From NCBI GenBank assembly GCA_964493435.1, contig CAZBMB010000005.1, positions 3,182 to 67,181 of the forward strand: a stretch of 64,000 bases of DNA, given 5' to 3'. This document shows, piece by piece, positions 46,747 through 57,693 of this stretch. Each line of letters opens with the position of its first letter. Position 1 is the stretch's first letter. The position numbers and the translations under genes were made by a program. This DNA comes from an uncultured Dehalococcoidaceae bacterium. GTDB lineage: Bacteria; Chloroflexota; Dehalococcoidia; Dehalococcoidales; RBG-16-60-22. The notes under the pieces are model-generated. The model was not told the origin of the DNA. It worked only from the letters and a program-made list of their open reading frames with translations, and searched no databases.

Positions 46747-47247
46747 TTAAACCCTCCTGTTCACCAAACGCTTCCTGGTATATTCAATCAGCCCGCCCGA
46801 GTCTATAATCTCGGTCATGAAGTCGGGATACGGGCTGGCGGTAAAGGTCTTATTCTTGGTCAGGCTTTTTATCTCCCCTTTGGCGAGGTCTACTTCCAGA
46901 ACATCGCCGGGTTCGGTGTTCCCCACGGCGTCATCGCTCTCCAGCAGCGGCAACCCGATGTTGATGGCATTGCGAAAAAAGATACGGGCGAAGCTCTTGG
47001 CGATGACGCAGGATACGCCGGCCGCTTTTATCGCCATGGGGGCGTGTTCCCGCGATGACCCGCAGCCGAAATTGGTGGTCGCCATTATGATATCGCCCGG
47101 CTGCACCCTTTTCAGGAAGTCCTGGTCAATGTCCTCCATGCAGTGCTTGGCCAGCTCCGCAGGGTCGTAGATATTCAGATAGCGCGCCGGAATGATGACA
47201 TCGGTGTTCACATCGGCGCCGTATTTATGTACCTTGCCTTTGAGCAT
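46747..47247 (-). CDS. leuD: 3-isopropylmalate dehydratase small subunit
   Basis: [20 protein letters not shown] and SFARIFFRN motifs. Confidence 0.95.
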   Translation of the reverse strand: MLKGKVHKYGADVNTDVIIPARYLNIYDPAELAKHCMEDIDQDFLKRVQPGDIIMATTNFGCGSSREHAPMAIKAAGVSCVIAKSFARIFFRNAINIGLPLLESDDAVGNTEPGDVLEVDLAKGEIKSLTKNKTFTASPYPDFMTEIIDSGGLIEYTRKRLVNRRV

Positions 47248-47277
47248 CAGGAACGTTCCTCCTTACCGCAATGAATA

Positions 47278-47757
47278 TTAAATCTCCACCAGCGCCTTCT
47301 CAAAATTCTGCACCCGCCGGGGCTTGCCGCTCCGGTCAGGCTCGATGGTGTGCCCTTCGGCCTGCAGACGTTTCGCCTGCGCCTCCAATCCCCCCGGGTA
47401 CTTCTCGTTAAGCTCCCCTTTTGATTTTATGGTCCGCCAGTATGGGGTGATGTCCGCTTTACCATCGCTGGCATCTTCCTCGGCGGCACGGGCGGCAATG
47501 TTGCTGAAAATCCCGGTGGTGATGGGGCAGCCGATACTGGCACCGTGTTTTCGCGCCAGAAACTCCCGTATCTGATTGATGGTAATCACCTTGCCCGGAG
47601 GCACCTGCCGCATCACCTCGTCCACCTCCACAGGGGCTGGGATGACACACGTCCCGGTTCCCCACCGCTGGCTCATTTTATCGTCAATCACGACGACTCT
47701 GGGCAGATCCTTGCTATCGTGCAACTTTTCGCGCCAGCTTTTTCGCATCTTCACCAT
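47278..47757 (-). CDS. MGMT-family / alkyltransferase-like DNA-binding protein
   Basis: VPPGKVIT..QI helix-turn-helix and PYWR in place of PCHR. Confidence 0.75.
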   Translation of the reverse strand: MVKMRKSWREKLHDSKDLPRVVVIDDKMSQRWGTGTCVIPAPVEVDEVMRQVPPGKVITINQIREFLARKHGASIGCPITTGIFSNIAARAAEEDASDGKADITPYWRTIKSKGELNEKYPGGLEAQAKRLQAEGHTIEPDRSGKPRRVQNFEKALVEI

Positions 47758-47772
47758 CGCTCCCTCCCCTTC

Positions 47773-48231
47773 TCAATAGCCTGACTTTTTGCCGGTAATA
47801 TGTTCAATATCAATTCTCACCACCGCGACGTGGTCAGCCTTTTCAAATACTAGGTCCGACCTCTTCTCACCAAACTGCCGCATAAGCACCGTCAAGCCAT
47901 GAATTTTAGCTTCTTCATCCTCCAGGATATGCGCCCGTCCCACGCCTATCACACTCCGATATTTTGTTGACCAGCCACAGGGTTTTTCGGCGCCGGTAAT
48001 CACTACATCAGTGTCGATTTCAAAACAGACACGATTGTTTCTCCTGATGAGGTCAATCTTACGCCCTTCAGGGGCGCTGTGGAAATACAGCGCCCTGCCT
48101 TCATAGCCAAAGCAGACGGGCACGATATACGGTTCGTCATCATCGACCAGCCCAATCCGGCATACTTCTGCTTTTTTAATTATCGCCTCTATCTCTGTGA
48201 TATCAGCGATTTCTTTTTCTTTTCTGCGCAT
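47773..48231 (-). CDS. pyridoxamine 5'-phosphate oxidase-family (NimA-like) flavin-binding protein
   Basis: MRRKEKEI, PYIVP, YFHSA.EGRK, VCFE and YRSVIG motifs. Confidence 0.88.
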   Translation of the reverse strand: MRRKEKEIADITEIEAIIKKAEVCRIGLVDDDEPYIVPVCFGYEGRALYFHSAPEGRKIDLIRRNNRVCFEIDTDVVITGAEKPCGWSTKYRSVIGVGRAHILEDEEAKIHGLTVLMRQFGEKRSDLVFEKADHVAVVRIDIEHITGKKSGY

Positions 48232-48239
48232 TCGACCGC

Positions 48240-49502
48240 TTACTTCACCACTTCGTCCGGGTGGATTATTCTACCGGCCACGGCACTGGCTGCAGCCACC
48301 GCTGGATTGGCCAGATACACCTCGGATTTGGGATGTCCCATTCTACCAACGAAATTACGATTGGTAGTGGATACACATCTCTCCCCTTCTGCCAGCACGC
48401 CTGTGTGGCCGCCGAAACACGGACCACAGGTAGGAGTACTCACCACAGCACCAGCTTCAATGAATATCTCAATAAGCCTTTCTTTCAAAGCGTCAGAATA
48501 CACCTGCTGGGAACCCGGAATAACGATACAGCGCACGCTGTCATGCACTTTCTTACCCTTCAGTATCTGAGCCGCGACTTTTAAATCATCCAGTCGGCCG
48601 TTGGTGCAACTGCCGATAATCACCTGGTTGATTTCAATGTCGCCGGCCTGGTTTACTGGCTTGACATTGGCTGGTGAGTGTGGAAATGCCACCTGTGGCT
48701 CCAGCCCCGCGACGTCATATTCTATAACCCTGGCATACTCAGCATCAGGGTCAGGTTCATAAACATTGTAAGGATGATTTGCTCTTGATTTTATGTAAAG
48801 TTGTGTTTTATTGTCCACCCGGAAAAGCCCGGCCTTGCCACCGGCCTCGATGGCCATATTGGCCATGGTGAATCGTCCGTCCATGGATAGAGCATCTATC
48901 GCCTCACCGGTGAACTCCATGGCCGAATAGAGCGCACCGTCAACGCCAATATCACCGATGGTATACAGGATAAGGTCTTTCCCCCCTGCCCACTTGCCCA
49001 GATTACCATGGTAAATAAATTTTATCGTCGGGGGCACTTTCATCCAGAGGTCACCGGTCGCCATAGCCGCCGCCAGGTCGGTTGAGCCCACCCCGGTAGC
49101 AAAGGCGCCCACGGCGCCGTAGGTGCAGGTGTGCGAATCACCGCCTATAACCACCTGACCGGGAAGCACAATGCCCTGCTCCGGCAGCAGAACGTGCTCG
49201 ATGCCGGCTTTGCCTATCTCAAAGAACACCGCTCCCTGTTCCTGGCAGAATTCTCGCATCATCTTGGCAATCTCAGCGGAAGCGATGTCCCTGTTGGGCA
49301 TGAAATGGTCGAGCACCATCACGATTTTCCGAGGGTCGAAGACACGGCTTAAGCCGAGTTTCTGGAACTCTTTGATAGCAATAGGGGCGGTGATATCGTT
49401 ACCCAGAACCACGTCCACCCTGGCATTGACAAATTCACCGGGACTTACCTTTTTCTGCTCCGTATGCGCCGCCAGAATTTTCTCTGCCAGATTCATTGCC
49501 AC
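48240..49502 (-). CDS. leuC: 3-isopropylmalate dehydratase large subunit
   Basis: GGDSHTCTYG, IGSCTNGR, CGPCFG and STTNRNF motifs. Confidence 0.95.
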   Translation of the reverse strand: MAMNLAEKILAAHTEQKKVSPGEFVNARVDVVLGNDITAPIAIKEFQKLGLSRVFDPRKIVMVLDHFMPNRDIASAEIAKMMREFCQEQGAVFFEIGKAGIEHVLLPEQGIVLPGQVVIGGDSHTCTYGAVGAFATGVGSTDLAAAMATGDLWMKVPPTIKFIYHGNLGKWAGGKDLILYTIGDIGVDGALYSAMEFTGEAIDALSMDGRFTMANMAIEAGGKAGLFRVDNKTQLYIKSRANHPYNVYEPDPDAEYARVIEYDVAGLEPQVAFPHSPANVKPVNQAGDIEINQVIIGSCTNGRLDDLKVAAQILKGKKVHDSVRCIVIPGSQQVYSDALKERLIEIFIEAGAVVSTPTCGPCFGGHTGVLAEGERCVSTTNRNFVGRMGHPKSEVYLANPAVAAASAVAGRIIHPDEVVK

Positions 49503-49541
49503 TTCCTTCCTTCGGTGTCTACTATCTGTTCGTGTTTAAGT

Positions 49542-49943
49542 TTACCCTCTCCAGTGCGGCATGATAAGCACGCCGAGAACAATAGCCGCGGCTACGACAG
49601 CCATAATATACAGGCCAGCACCAGCCGCCAAACCAATCCCCGCCACCACCCAGATGGTAGCGGCCGTGGTAAGGCCAGCAACAATGCCTCCTTCACGGTG
49701 CAGGATAACACCGGCGCCCAGAAAACCAACGCCAACCACCACGCCAGCAGCTACCCTGGCCGGGTCACCGATACCACCAAATCCGTAGATAGAAATGAGG
49801 GCGATAAGTGCCGCCCCGACTGAAATCAGAACATGTGTCCTCAGCCCGGCCTGTTTTCCAGCCCTTTCTCTCTGGTAGCCAATAGCCGCTCCCAGAGCCG
49901 TGGCCAGCAGGAGACGAAGCGCCATTTCCAGTGCAATAGGCAT
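49542..49943 (-). CDS. mgtC: MgtC/SapB-family membrane protein
   Basis: IGYQRE, AGLRTH, DPARVAAGVV.GVGFLGAG and GLTTAATIW motifs. Confidence 0.9.
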   Translation of the reverse strand: MPIALEMALRLLLATALGAAIGYQRERAGKQAGLRTHVLISVGAALIALISIYGFGGIGDPARVAAGVVVGVGFLGAGVILHREGGIVAGLTTAATIWVVAGIGLAAGAGLYIMAVVAAAIVLGVLIMPHWRG

Positions 49944-49955
49944 CTCAGGCTCTAC

Positions 49956-51473
49956 TCAGTTTCCTCTTTTCCCCGCCAGCAATCGATTGAGGGCATTCAT
50001 GTAAGCCTTGGCGCTCGACACCACGATGTCAGTGTCGGCCCCTCGGCCGGTGTAAGTGACGCCATCACTCTCAATCCGGCACAATACCTCACCAATAGCA
50101 TCAATGCCCTCGGTAAGTGATTTGATACTGAATTCGATGAGCGTATTGGGCACTTTCACTATCCTATCGATTGCCTTGAAGGCGGCATCAACCGGACCGC
50201 TGCCCAGCGCGGCATCGGACTGCGCCTGTCCTTCAGAGTCGATTAGCACCACCGATGCCGTCGGAATGCCACGGTCGCCGCAGGATATCTGAATGCGGTC
50301 CAGGTGATAGACTTCCGAGACCGTGCGTTGCTCTTCGGCAACCAGTGATTCTACATCCCGGTCGGTTACTTCCTTTTTCTTATCTGCCAGCTCCTTAAAG
50401 GCCTGAAAGACACGGCTGAAATCTTCATCTTTAAGGCTGTAGCCCAGTTCCGCCAGCCTCTCGCGGAGGGCATGACGACCGCTCAATTTACCCAGCACTA
50501 GGCTGCTCGCTGGCAAGCCTACGGTTTTGGGGTCCATTATCTCAAAAGTGATGGGCATCTTGATAACCCCGTCCTGGTGTATGCCGGACTCGTGCCGGAA
50601 AGCATTGGCGCCAACGATAGCTTTATTCGGCTGCACGGAAAAGCCGGTCAATTCGCTTACCATCCGGCTCGTCTGATATATTTGCCGGGTATCAATATTG
50701 GTGGTGAGGTTAAAAAGGTCGCTGCGGGTCTTGATGGTCATTACGATTTCCTCAAGCGAAGCGTTGCCCGCCCGCTCACCGATGCCGTTGATGGTGCACT
50801 CCACCTGCCGGCACCCGTGTCTGACCGCCTCCAGGCTGTTGGCCACCGCCAGGCCAAGGTCATTGTGGCAGTGCATACTGACCACGGTCTTTTCAATACC
50901 GGGCACTTTCTGGAAAATACCGTCAATCAGGCGGCCAAACTCTTCCGGTATGGAATAGCCCACCGTATCCGGAATATTAAGCGTGGTAGCGCCGGCCTCA
51001 ATAGCCGCCTGGAGAATTTGATAGAGGTAGGCCGGTTCGGTACGGCTGGCATCCATCGGTGAGAACTCAATATCACTGGTATAACCCTTCGCCCGGGCCA
51101 CCATTTCGCCCGCCAATTGCAGGATTTCCTCACGGGTCTTCTTCATCCCGTGCATGAGGTGGATATCTGATGACGATACGAAGACATGGATGCGGGGGTG
51201 CGCCGCGCTTTTCACCGCTTCCCAGGCCCGGTCAACGTCATCGGGCTTAGCCCGCGCCAAGCCACAGATGACGCTGCCCCGCACCTCCTGAGCAATGAGT
51301 TTCACCGACTCGAAATCTCCCGGTGAACTGATGGGGAAGCCAGCTTCAATGACATCCACACCGAGCTTCTCAAGCTGCCGGGCGATTTCCAGCTTCTCAT
51401 TAAGGTTCAGGCTGCCACCGGCCGCTTGTTCACCATCACGCAGTGTGGTGTCAAAGACAATAACTTTGTCCAT
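49956..51473 (-). CDS. leuA: 2-isopropylmalate synthase
   Basis: [34 protein letters not shown] and GSGPVDA motifs. Confidence 0.96.
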   Translation of the reverse strand: MDKVIVFDTTLRDGEQAAGGSLNLNEKLEIARQLEKLGVDVIEAGFPISSPGDFESVKLIAQEVRGSVICGLARAKPDDVDRAWEAVKSAAHPRIHVFVSSSDIHLMHGMKKTREEILQLAGEMVARAKGYTSDIEFSPMDASRTEPAYLYQILQAAIEAGATTLNIPDTVGYSIPEEFGRLIDGIFQKVPGIEKTVVSMHCHNDLGLAVANSLEAVRHGCRQVECTINGIGERAGNASLEEIVMTIKTRSDLFNLTTNIDTRQIYQTSRMVSELTGFSVQPNKAIVGANAFRHESGIHQDGVIKMPITFEIMDPKTVGLPASSLVLGKLSGRHALRERLAELGYSLKDEDFSRVFQAFKELADKKKEVTDRDVESLVAEEQRTVSEVYHLDRIQISCGDRGIPTASVVLIDSEGQAQSDAALGSGPVDAAFKAIDRIVKVPNTLIEFSIKSLTEGIDAIGEVLCRIESDGVTYTGRGADTDIVVSSAKAYMNALNRLLAGKRGN

Positions 51474-51520
51474 CTCACTCCCCCGTTTCTATTACAACAC
51501 GGAATTATCCGCAAGGTTTA

Positions 51521-52513
51521 TTACTTGGCCAGCCAGGGCATCATCTTGCGCAGTTCAGCCCCAACTTTCTCAATCGGGTGCTCTCTGTCCTTGCGCGTGA
51601 GCGCATTGAATACCGGCAGACCGGCCTGGTTCTCCAGAATCCACTCCCGGGCAAAGGTGCCGTCCTGAATCTCGCCCAGTATCTCCCATAAATTCTCTCT
51701 CACTCCGTCATCAATCACCCTTGGCCCTCTGGTTATATCACCGTACCGAGCGGTATGGCTGACCGAGTCGCGCATGAAGCTGATGCCACCCTTATAGATA
51801 AGATCGACAATAAGCTTGAGCTCGTTAAGGCACTCGAAGTAAGCCAGTTCCGGCTGATAGCCAGCTTCCACCAGTGTTTCAAAGGTCGCCTTGAGGAGAG
51901 CCGTCACGCCGCCGCAGAGTATCGTCTGCTCGCCAAAGAGGTCGGTCTCGGTTTCCTCGGCAAAAGTAGTCTCCAGAACTCCAGCACGAGCACAACCGAT
52001 AGCCGCCGAGTAGGCCAGGGCTTTATCCTTCGCCTGGCCGGAAGCATCCTGATATACCGCTATCAGCGCGGGTACGCCCTGCCCCTGGGTAAAGAACTCG
52101 CGGAGCAGATTTCCGGGGCTCTTGGGCGCTATCATGGTGACATCGATATCTGGTGATGGCACAACCTGACTGTAGTGGATGGTGAAGCCGTGGGAAACCA
52201 TGAGCATATTGCCCTTGGACATTCCCGGTGCGATATGCTGGTTGTAGATTTTCTGGTGCATGTTATCCGGGGCCAGCAGCATGACGATATCAGCCGCCTT
52301 TGCCGCCTCCGCCACTGAAACCACCTTAACGCCGTCAGCCTCAGCCCTCGCCTTGCTCTTGCTGCCTTCCTGAAGTCCCACAACCACGTCAAAGCCACTA
52401 TCTTTAAGGTTCAGTGACTGACCACGCCCCTGGTTGCCGTAGCCGATAACGGCAATCACCTTGCCTTTCAACAGATCCAGCTTCGCGTCCTTGTCGTAAT
52501 AAACTTTGGCCAT
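51521..52513 (-). CDS. ilvC: ketol-acid reductoisomerase
   Basis: IGYGNQG, SHGF, APKSPG and [10 protein letters not shown] motifs; ATG 52513 behind AAGGAGGT. Confidence 0.96.
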   Translation of the reverse strand: MAKVYYDKDAKLDLLKGKVIAVIGYGNQGRGQSLNLKDSGFDVVVGLQEGSKSKARAEADGVKVVSVAEAAKAADIVMLLAPDNMHQKIYNQHIAPGMSKGNMLMVSHGFTIHYSQVVPSPDIDVTMIAPKSPGNLLREFFTQGQGVPALIAVYQDASGQAKDKALAYSAAIGCARAGVLETTFAEETETDLFGEQTILCGGVTALLKATFETLVEAGYQPELAYFECLNELKLIVDLIYKGGISFMRDSVSHTARYGDITRGPRVIDDGVRENLWEILGEIQDGTFAREWILENQAGLPVFNALTRKDREHPIEKVGAELRKMMPWLAK

Positions 52514-52581
52514 GTTTTTTACCTCCTTTATCATTTCTTGGCCGGTATTTAATCCGTATCAATTCTATCGGAACCTGAGAT

Positions 52582-53136
52582 TTATAATAACTTGTACCCT
52601 TCCTTTCTAGTTCTTGATGGTTTTTCTTCAAGGCGTAGCTGGCTGGCACTCCCTCTCAGCATGGCGATGCATCCCGTCCTAGCCACTTCTTTTACCCCGA
52701 AGCTGCGCAGCAGGTTCAACAGGGAGTCCACCTTGTCCTCATCTCCGGTTATCTCAATGGTCAGCGAATCAGCCGCCACATCGACAATACTAGCACGGAA
52801 AATATCGGCAATCTCAATTATCTCGCTGCGGGTTGAGGAGTTTGCCCTTACCTTTATCAATGCCAGCTCCCTTACGGTGATATTGTCATCGGTAACATCT
52901 GTAATTTTCACCACGTTAACCACCTTGCCCAACTGCTTCCTCACCTGCTCCAGAATACCCGCCGTACCGTTAACCACGATGGTCATACGGGATAGATTGG
53001 GCAATTCGCTGTGCCCCACCGCAATACTATCGATATTGAAGCCCCGCCTTCGAAAAAGGCTCGCCATACGGGTCAATACGCCGGGCTTGTCCTCGACCAG
53101 GGCCACCAGGGTGTGCCTCATCTTGGTAATTGCCAT
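52582..53136 (-). CDS. ilvN: acetolactate synthase small (regulatory) subunit, full length
   Basis: ACT domain EDKPGVL..RRGFNI plus C-terminal RELALIKV and EVARTG; start ATG 53136. Confidence 0.93.
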   Translation of the reverse strand: MAITKMRHTLVALVEDKPGVLTRMASLFRRRGFNIDSIAVGHSELPNLSRMTIVVNGTAGILEQVRKQLGKVVNVVKITDVTDDNITVRELALIKVRANSSTRSEIIEIADIFRASIVDVAADSLTIEITGDEDKVDSLLNLLRSFGVKEVARTGCIAMLRGSASQLRLEEKPSRTRKEGYKLL

Positions 53137-53173
53137 CTCCGAATCTAGTCCCGCAAAATATTTGCCCCTCGCC

Positions 53174-53449
53174 CTAATCCAGGTCTTTCGTAGTGATATC
53201 AAGAACTTTTACGACGTCGACTATTTTTTCCAGCTGTCTTCGAACCTGACCCAGAATCACCGCCGAGCCAGATACGACAATGGCAACTCTGGTCAGGCCG
53301 GGCCGCCCGCTGTCTTCGACCTCAATGGTCTCCAGCACGTTTACACTGTGGATATTGAAACCACGTCTGCGGAATACGTTTGACATCCGATTCAAAACGC
53401 CGGGTTTATCCTCTACCAGTGCCAGCAATATATGCTTCGTCGGTGTCAT
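53174..53449 (-). CDS. second acetolactate synthase small-subunit-like protein, ACT domain only
   Basis: LVEDKPGVLNRMSNVFRRRGFNI and LEKIVDVVKV; 91 aa, lacks the C-terminal domain. Confidence 0.85.
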   Translation of the reverse strand: MTPTKHILLALVEDKPGVLNRMSNVFRRRGFNIHSVNVLETIEVEDSGRPGLTRVAIVVSGSAVILGQVRRQLEKIVDVVKVLDITTKDLD

Positions 53450-53469
53450 ATTGCCACCTTTTTCGGCCC

Positions 53470-55194
53470 TTATATGTTGCTTACCTGCAGGCTCTTGGAG
53501 TCGGAAATGGTCTTTACCGGTTTCTTGGGCTCTTCCATAATTTCGGCAACCGTGGCTCCAGGCGGAATCATCGGGTAAACGTTCTCTTCCTGCTCCACCA
53601 TGAAATCTATCAGGAACGGACCATCATGCGCCATTGCCTGTTCAATTGCCGGCGCCACTTCCTCGCGTTGCTTGACCCGCAACGCTGACATACCATACCC
53701 TTCGGCGATTTTGACAAAGTCGGGGCAGGATATAGGTGTGGCTACATACCGTCTCTTGTAAAACAGCTCCTGCCACTGCCTTACCATCCCGAGATATCCA
53801 TTATTGATAATGGCTATTTTTACCGGTATCTGCTCCTGGACGATGGTGGCCAGTTCCTGAATGGTCATCTGGAAACTGCCGTCGCCATCAATGCACCAGA
53901 CCGTCGTATCGGGACAACCAATCTGAGCCCCAATTGCCGCCGGCAGACCAAAACCCATCGCTCCAAGACCTCCAGATGAAACCAGCGTATTGGGCTTATT
54001 GAACCAGTAGTGCTGTGCCGCCCACATCTGGTGCTGCCCGACTCCGGTCACAATTATCGCTTCGCCCTTGGTTATTTCATATATCTGGCGAACCACATAC
54101 TGAGGCAACAATCCATCATCATCCCTGATATCAATTGAAGGGTGGTCCCGCCGCCAATCATCCATCTGGTTGACCCAGTCAAGATGGCTGGTCTTAGCTA
54201 CCTGCTTGTTCAGCGCCTGTAAAACCATCTTGACATCGCCCACGATGGGAACATCAACACGAACGTTCTTGCCGATTTCAGCCGGGTCAATATCAATGTG
54301 CACGATATGGGCATGCGGGGCAAAGGCGCTTATCTTTCCGGTTACTCTATCATCAAATCTCATGCCGATGGCGATGAGCACATCAGCGTTCTCAATGGCA
54401 TAATTGGCGTAGACCATGCCGTGCATACCCGCCATGCCATAGCTGAGGGCATGATTCTCCGGAAAGCAGCCGACACCCAGCAAAGTGGTCAGCACCGGTA
54501 TCTGCACCGTTTCCGCCAGCTGTTTCAACTCATCGTAAGCTCCAGATATATTGACTCCCCGGCCGGCAATGATGGCAGGGCGCTTGGCTTCATTTATCAT
54601 TTTGGCGGCTTTCTTGACCTGTGCGGGATGACCCTGGAGCGTTGGCTTGTAGCCGGGCAATTCTATTTTTTCCGGGTAGCTAAACTCGGCCTGCTCCAGA
54701 AACACGTCGCGCGGTATATCAATTAATATGGGCCCGGGACGCCCGGTGCGGGCCAGATGGAAAGCCTCTTTAATCACGATGGCCAGATGATTTACGTCCA
54801 TTACCAGATAGTTATTCTTGGTGATGGGCAGCGTTATACCGGTAATATCGGTTTCCTGAAAGGCATCACGCCCGATAAAGTCCCGACGCACCTGACCGGT
54901 TATGGCGATTATCGGCACGGAATCAAGATAGGCATTGGCGATACCGGTAACCAGATTGGTGGCACCGGGGCCGGACGTGGCAAAACATACCCCCACTTTC
55001 CCCGTGGTTCGGGCATAGCCATCGGCGGCATGGGCCGCTCCCTGTTCGTGGCGTACCAGAATGTGCCGGAGCTGTGAGTAGTGCGGCAGGGTATCATAAA
55101 GCGGAATGACCGCCCCACCGGGAAAGCCAAAAATAATATCCACCCCCTCTTTAACCAAGCCTTCACACAATATTTGAGCACCCGTCAGCTTCAT
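53470..55194 (-). CDS. ilvB: acetolactate synthase large subunit
   Basis: FGFPGG, RHEQGA, TSGPGATN, GVGQHQMW and GDGSFQM motifs. Confidence 0.96.
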   Translation of the reverse strand: MKLTGAQILCEGLVKEGVDIIFGFPGGAVIPLYDTLPHYSQLRHILVRHEQGAAHAADGYARTTGKVGVCFATSGPGATNLVTGIANAYLDSVPIIAITGQVRRDFIGRDAFQETDITGITLPITKNNYLVMDVNHLAIVIKEAFHLARTGRPGPILIDIPRDVFLEQAEFSYPEKIELPGYKPTLQGHPAQVKKAAKMINEAKRPAIIAGRGVNISGAYDELKQLAETVQIPVLTTLLGVGCFPENHALSYGMAGMHGMVYANYAIENADVLIAIGMRFDDRVTGKISAFAPHAHIVHIDIDPAEIGKNVRVDVPIVGDVKMVLQALNKQVAKTSHLDWVNQMDDWRRDHPSIDIRDDDGLLPQYVVRQIYEITKGEAIIVTGVGQHQMWAAQHYWFNKPNTLVSSGGLGAMGFGLPAAIGAQIGCPDTTVWCIDGDGSFQMTIQELATIVQEQIPVKIAIINNGYLGMVRQWQELFYKRRYVATPISCPDFVKIAEGYGMSALRVKQREEVAPAIEQAMAHDGPFLIDFMVEQEENVYPMIPPGATVAEIMEEPKKPVKTISDSKSLQVSNI

Positions 55195-55206
55195 GGCTAG
55201 CCTCCT

Positions 55207-56883
55207 CTAACCTCCGAATACAGCGCCGACACTCGCCGAGCATACTTTTTCCGTGTAATATTTGAGATAACCGGATTTTACCTTCGGTTCAAATGCGGGC
55301 AATTGTGCCAGGCGACGTTTTATCTCTTCATCGGTGAGTTCCACTTCCAGTTTGTAATCTGGAATATTAATAGCGATGATGTCGCCGTCTTTCAGAGCGG
55401 CAATCGGGCCTCGGCCCGCTGCCTCAGGAGAAACATGCCCAATAGCAGCACCGCGAGAACCGCCGGAAAAGCGGCCATCGGTTATGAGAGCAACCTTGTT
55501 ATCTATACCCAGACCGCTCAGAATAGAGGTGGGGGTAAGCATTTCTCTCATGCCTGGGCCACCTTTTGGCCCCTCGTAACGGATAACGATTACGTCACCC
55601 TTCTTTATGCCGCCGCCCATAATGGCCTTGGTGGCTGCCTCCTCCGAATCAAACACCCTGGCCGGGCCACGGTGCGACAACATTTCCGGCGCTACTGCTG
55701 ACCGGCGCACAACGGCGCCTTCCGGGGCCAGGTTCCCAAAGAGTATGGCCAGGCCACCGGTCTTGCTGAACGCATTATCAACCGGCCGAATTACCTCCCT
55801 ATCCAGGACTTTGCTGTCGGCGATGTTCTCGGCCAGCGTCTTGCCGGTGGCAGATTTCAGGTTCAGCTTCAGCAGACCTTTTATTTCCTTCATCACCGCG
55901 GAAATACCACCGGCGCGGTCCAGGTCTTCAATATGATACTTGGTATCTTTATCCACATATGCCGGCGACAGCTTGCATAGGCAGGGTGTTTTCTGACTTA
56001 TCTCATTGACCAGCGACAGCGGAAAAGCAACGCCCGCTTCATGGGCAACGGCCATCAGGTGCAGCACGGAGTTAGTGCTGGCGCCAAGCGCCATATCGAC
56101 AGTTAAGGCATTGTAAATGGATTCCTGATTGATAAAGTCGCGGGGCCGGACATTTTTCGCCAGCAGATTCATCACAGCACGCCCGGCCTCTTTGGCCAGG
56201 CCCTGCCGCCTGGCATCGACCGCAGGAATGGTGCCGTTTCCCGGCAGCCCCATACCGAGTACCTCAATCAGGCAGTTCATGGTATTGGCGGTGAACATGC
56301 CGGAGCAGCTACCGCAGCCGGGGCAGGCGACCTGCTCCAGGCGTTCCAGCTCCTCCTGGCTCATTTTACCGCTCAGGACTTCGCCCACGCCCTCAAATAC
56401 TGAAATAAGGTCGACCTTTGGCCTGTCACTGCTCAGGCGAGTGGCCAGCATGGGGCCACCGCTGATGAAAATCGACGGCACGTTCAACCTCGCTGCCGCC
56501 ATGAGCATTCCGGGGACAATTTTGTCGCAGTTCGGGATGAAGACGAGGGCATCAAAGGCATGTGCCTCGGCCACCGTCTCCGCGGAATCGGCGATTAACT
56601 GACGACTGGGCAGGCTGTATTTCATGCCGGGATGGTTCATAACGATGCCGTCGCACACGGCGATGGTGTTTACCTCAAAGGGAACGCCGCCGCCTTCCCG
56701 CACCCCTTCCTTCACTGACTGGGCAATGTCACGCAGATGGATATGCCCGGGGACAATCTCGCTGTAGCTATTGATAATGCCGATAAACGGCTTGTCCATG
56801 TCGGAGCGTGTGCAGCCCAGAGCATAAAGCAGCGAGCGATGTGGGGCTCTCTCTATCCCTTTCTTGACAACGTCACTTTTCAA
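55207..56883 (-). CDS. ilvD: dihydroxy-acid dehydratase
   Basis: [36 protein letters not shown] and TDGRFSG motifs; TTG start. Confidence 0.96.
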   Translation of the reverse strand: MKSDVVKKGIERAPHRSLLYALGCTRSDMDKPFIGIINSYSEIVPGHIHLRDIAQSVKEGVREGGGVPFEVNTIAVCDGIVMNHPGMKYSLPSRQLIADSAETVAEAHAFDALVFIPNCDKIVPGMLMAAARLNVPSIFISGGPMLATRLSSDRPKVDLISVFEGVGEVLSGKMSQEELERLEQVACPGCGSCSGMFTANTMNCLIEVLGMGLPGNGTIPAVDARRQGLAKEAGRAVMNLLAKNVRPRDFINQESIYNALTVDMALGASTNSVLHLMAVAHEAGVAFPLSLVNEISQKTPCLCKLSPAYVDKDTKYHIEDLDRAGGISAVMKEIKGLLKLNLKSATGKTLAENIADSKVLDREVIRPVDNAFSKTGGLAILFGNLAPEGAVVRRSAVAPEMLSHRGPARVFDSEEAATKAIMGGGIKKGDVIVIRYEGPKGGPGMREMLTPTSILSGLGIDNKVALITDGRFSGGSRGAAIGHVSPEAAGRGPIAALKDGDIIAINIPDYKLEVELTDEEIKRRLAQLPAFEPKVKSGYLKYYTEKVCSASVGAVFGG

Positions 56884-56969
56884 AACAAATTCCCCATCCT
56901 AAGTAAATTAAAAAAATAATGGCTACATACGGACCGGATATACGGCAAACTCGCAGCAGCCCGTATCAC

Positions 56970-56999
56970 AAAATAGCATATAATAAATCCGGTTGTCAA
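56970..56999 (-). promoter_or_regulatory. sigma70-type promoter of the ilv/leu cluster
   Basis: minus strand TTGACA, 18 bp, TATTTT with TG extension. Confidence 0.5.
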
Positions 57000-57045
57000 A
57001 CTTGGACAGGCGTGGGGGATTAATGGCCCCTCAGGCCGGGAAGTT

Positions 57046-57693
57046 TCAGAGCGCCCGCAGAACCTGACGTACCTCCAGCCAGCTGACCAATCCCTGCCTC
57101 AAAAGCTGAGGAGGGCTGACGGTTAAATCAACAATCGTGGACAGCCCGCGTGATGGTATCAAACCCTGGTCCAGTATCAGGGCGACCTGTTCCGTCGCCT
57201 CGCCGAGCAGACTGACCACTTCCGACACTGAATAAGGCGTCGGCTGCCCGCTGACATTGGCACTGGTCGCGGTAATGGGGAGGTCAGTTAAGGCAACCAG
57301 AGCCAGTATCACCTTGTTATCAGGTATTCTGATGCCAACGGTATCGCCCCCGGCAACCAGCAGGGACGGAACCACATCTTTTTTCGGCAGCACCATCGTT
57401 AAAGCACCGGGCAAAAAATGCTGCGCCAGTTGCTCTGCCTCCGGGCTGATGCAGGCATATCTTTCCGCCATCTCCAGCGAGTTGACTGATACATGTATCG
57501 GATTGGAATAAGCGCGCCCTTTCAGGTTGAAGACCTTGACAACGGCTTTGGTATCAAGGGCATTGGCCGCCAGCGCATAGCCGGTGTCGGTGGGGCAAAC
57601 GATTACCGCCCCCTTGCGGATCAGACGCGCCGCGCGCTTTAATACCTGCTTTGATGGTCTCTTTGGGTTGACTTCTTGAATCTCAGCCCGCAT
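57046..57693 (-). CDS. tsaC: L-threonylcarbamoyladenylate synthase (YrdC domain)
   Basis: PTDTGYAL, KGR...NP, PGALT, GIRIP and TSANVSG motifs; ATG 57693. Confidence 0.93.
   Translation of the reverse strand: MRAEIQEVNPKRPSKQVLKRAARLIRKGAVIVCPTDTGYALAANALDTKAVVKVFNLKGRAYSNPIHVSVNSLEMAERYACISPEAEQLAQHFLPGALTMVLPKKDVVPSLLVAGGDTVGIRIPDNKVILALVALTDLPITATSANVSGQPTPYSVSEVVSLLGEATEQVALILDQGLIPSRGLSTIVDLTVSPPQLLRQGLVSWLEVRQVLRAL

Noticed and set aside
56884-56969. T-box or leader-peptide attenuator upstream of ilvD
   Set aside because: No T-box consensus, no Leu/Ile/Val-rich leader ORF; only a weak ATACGG/CCGTAT pairing without a U-tract
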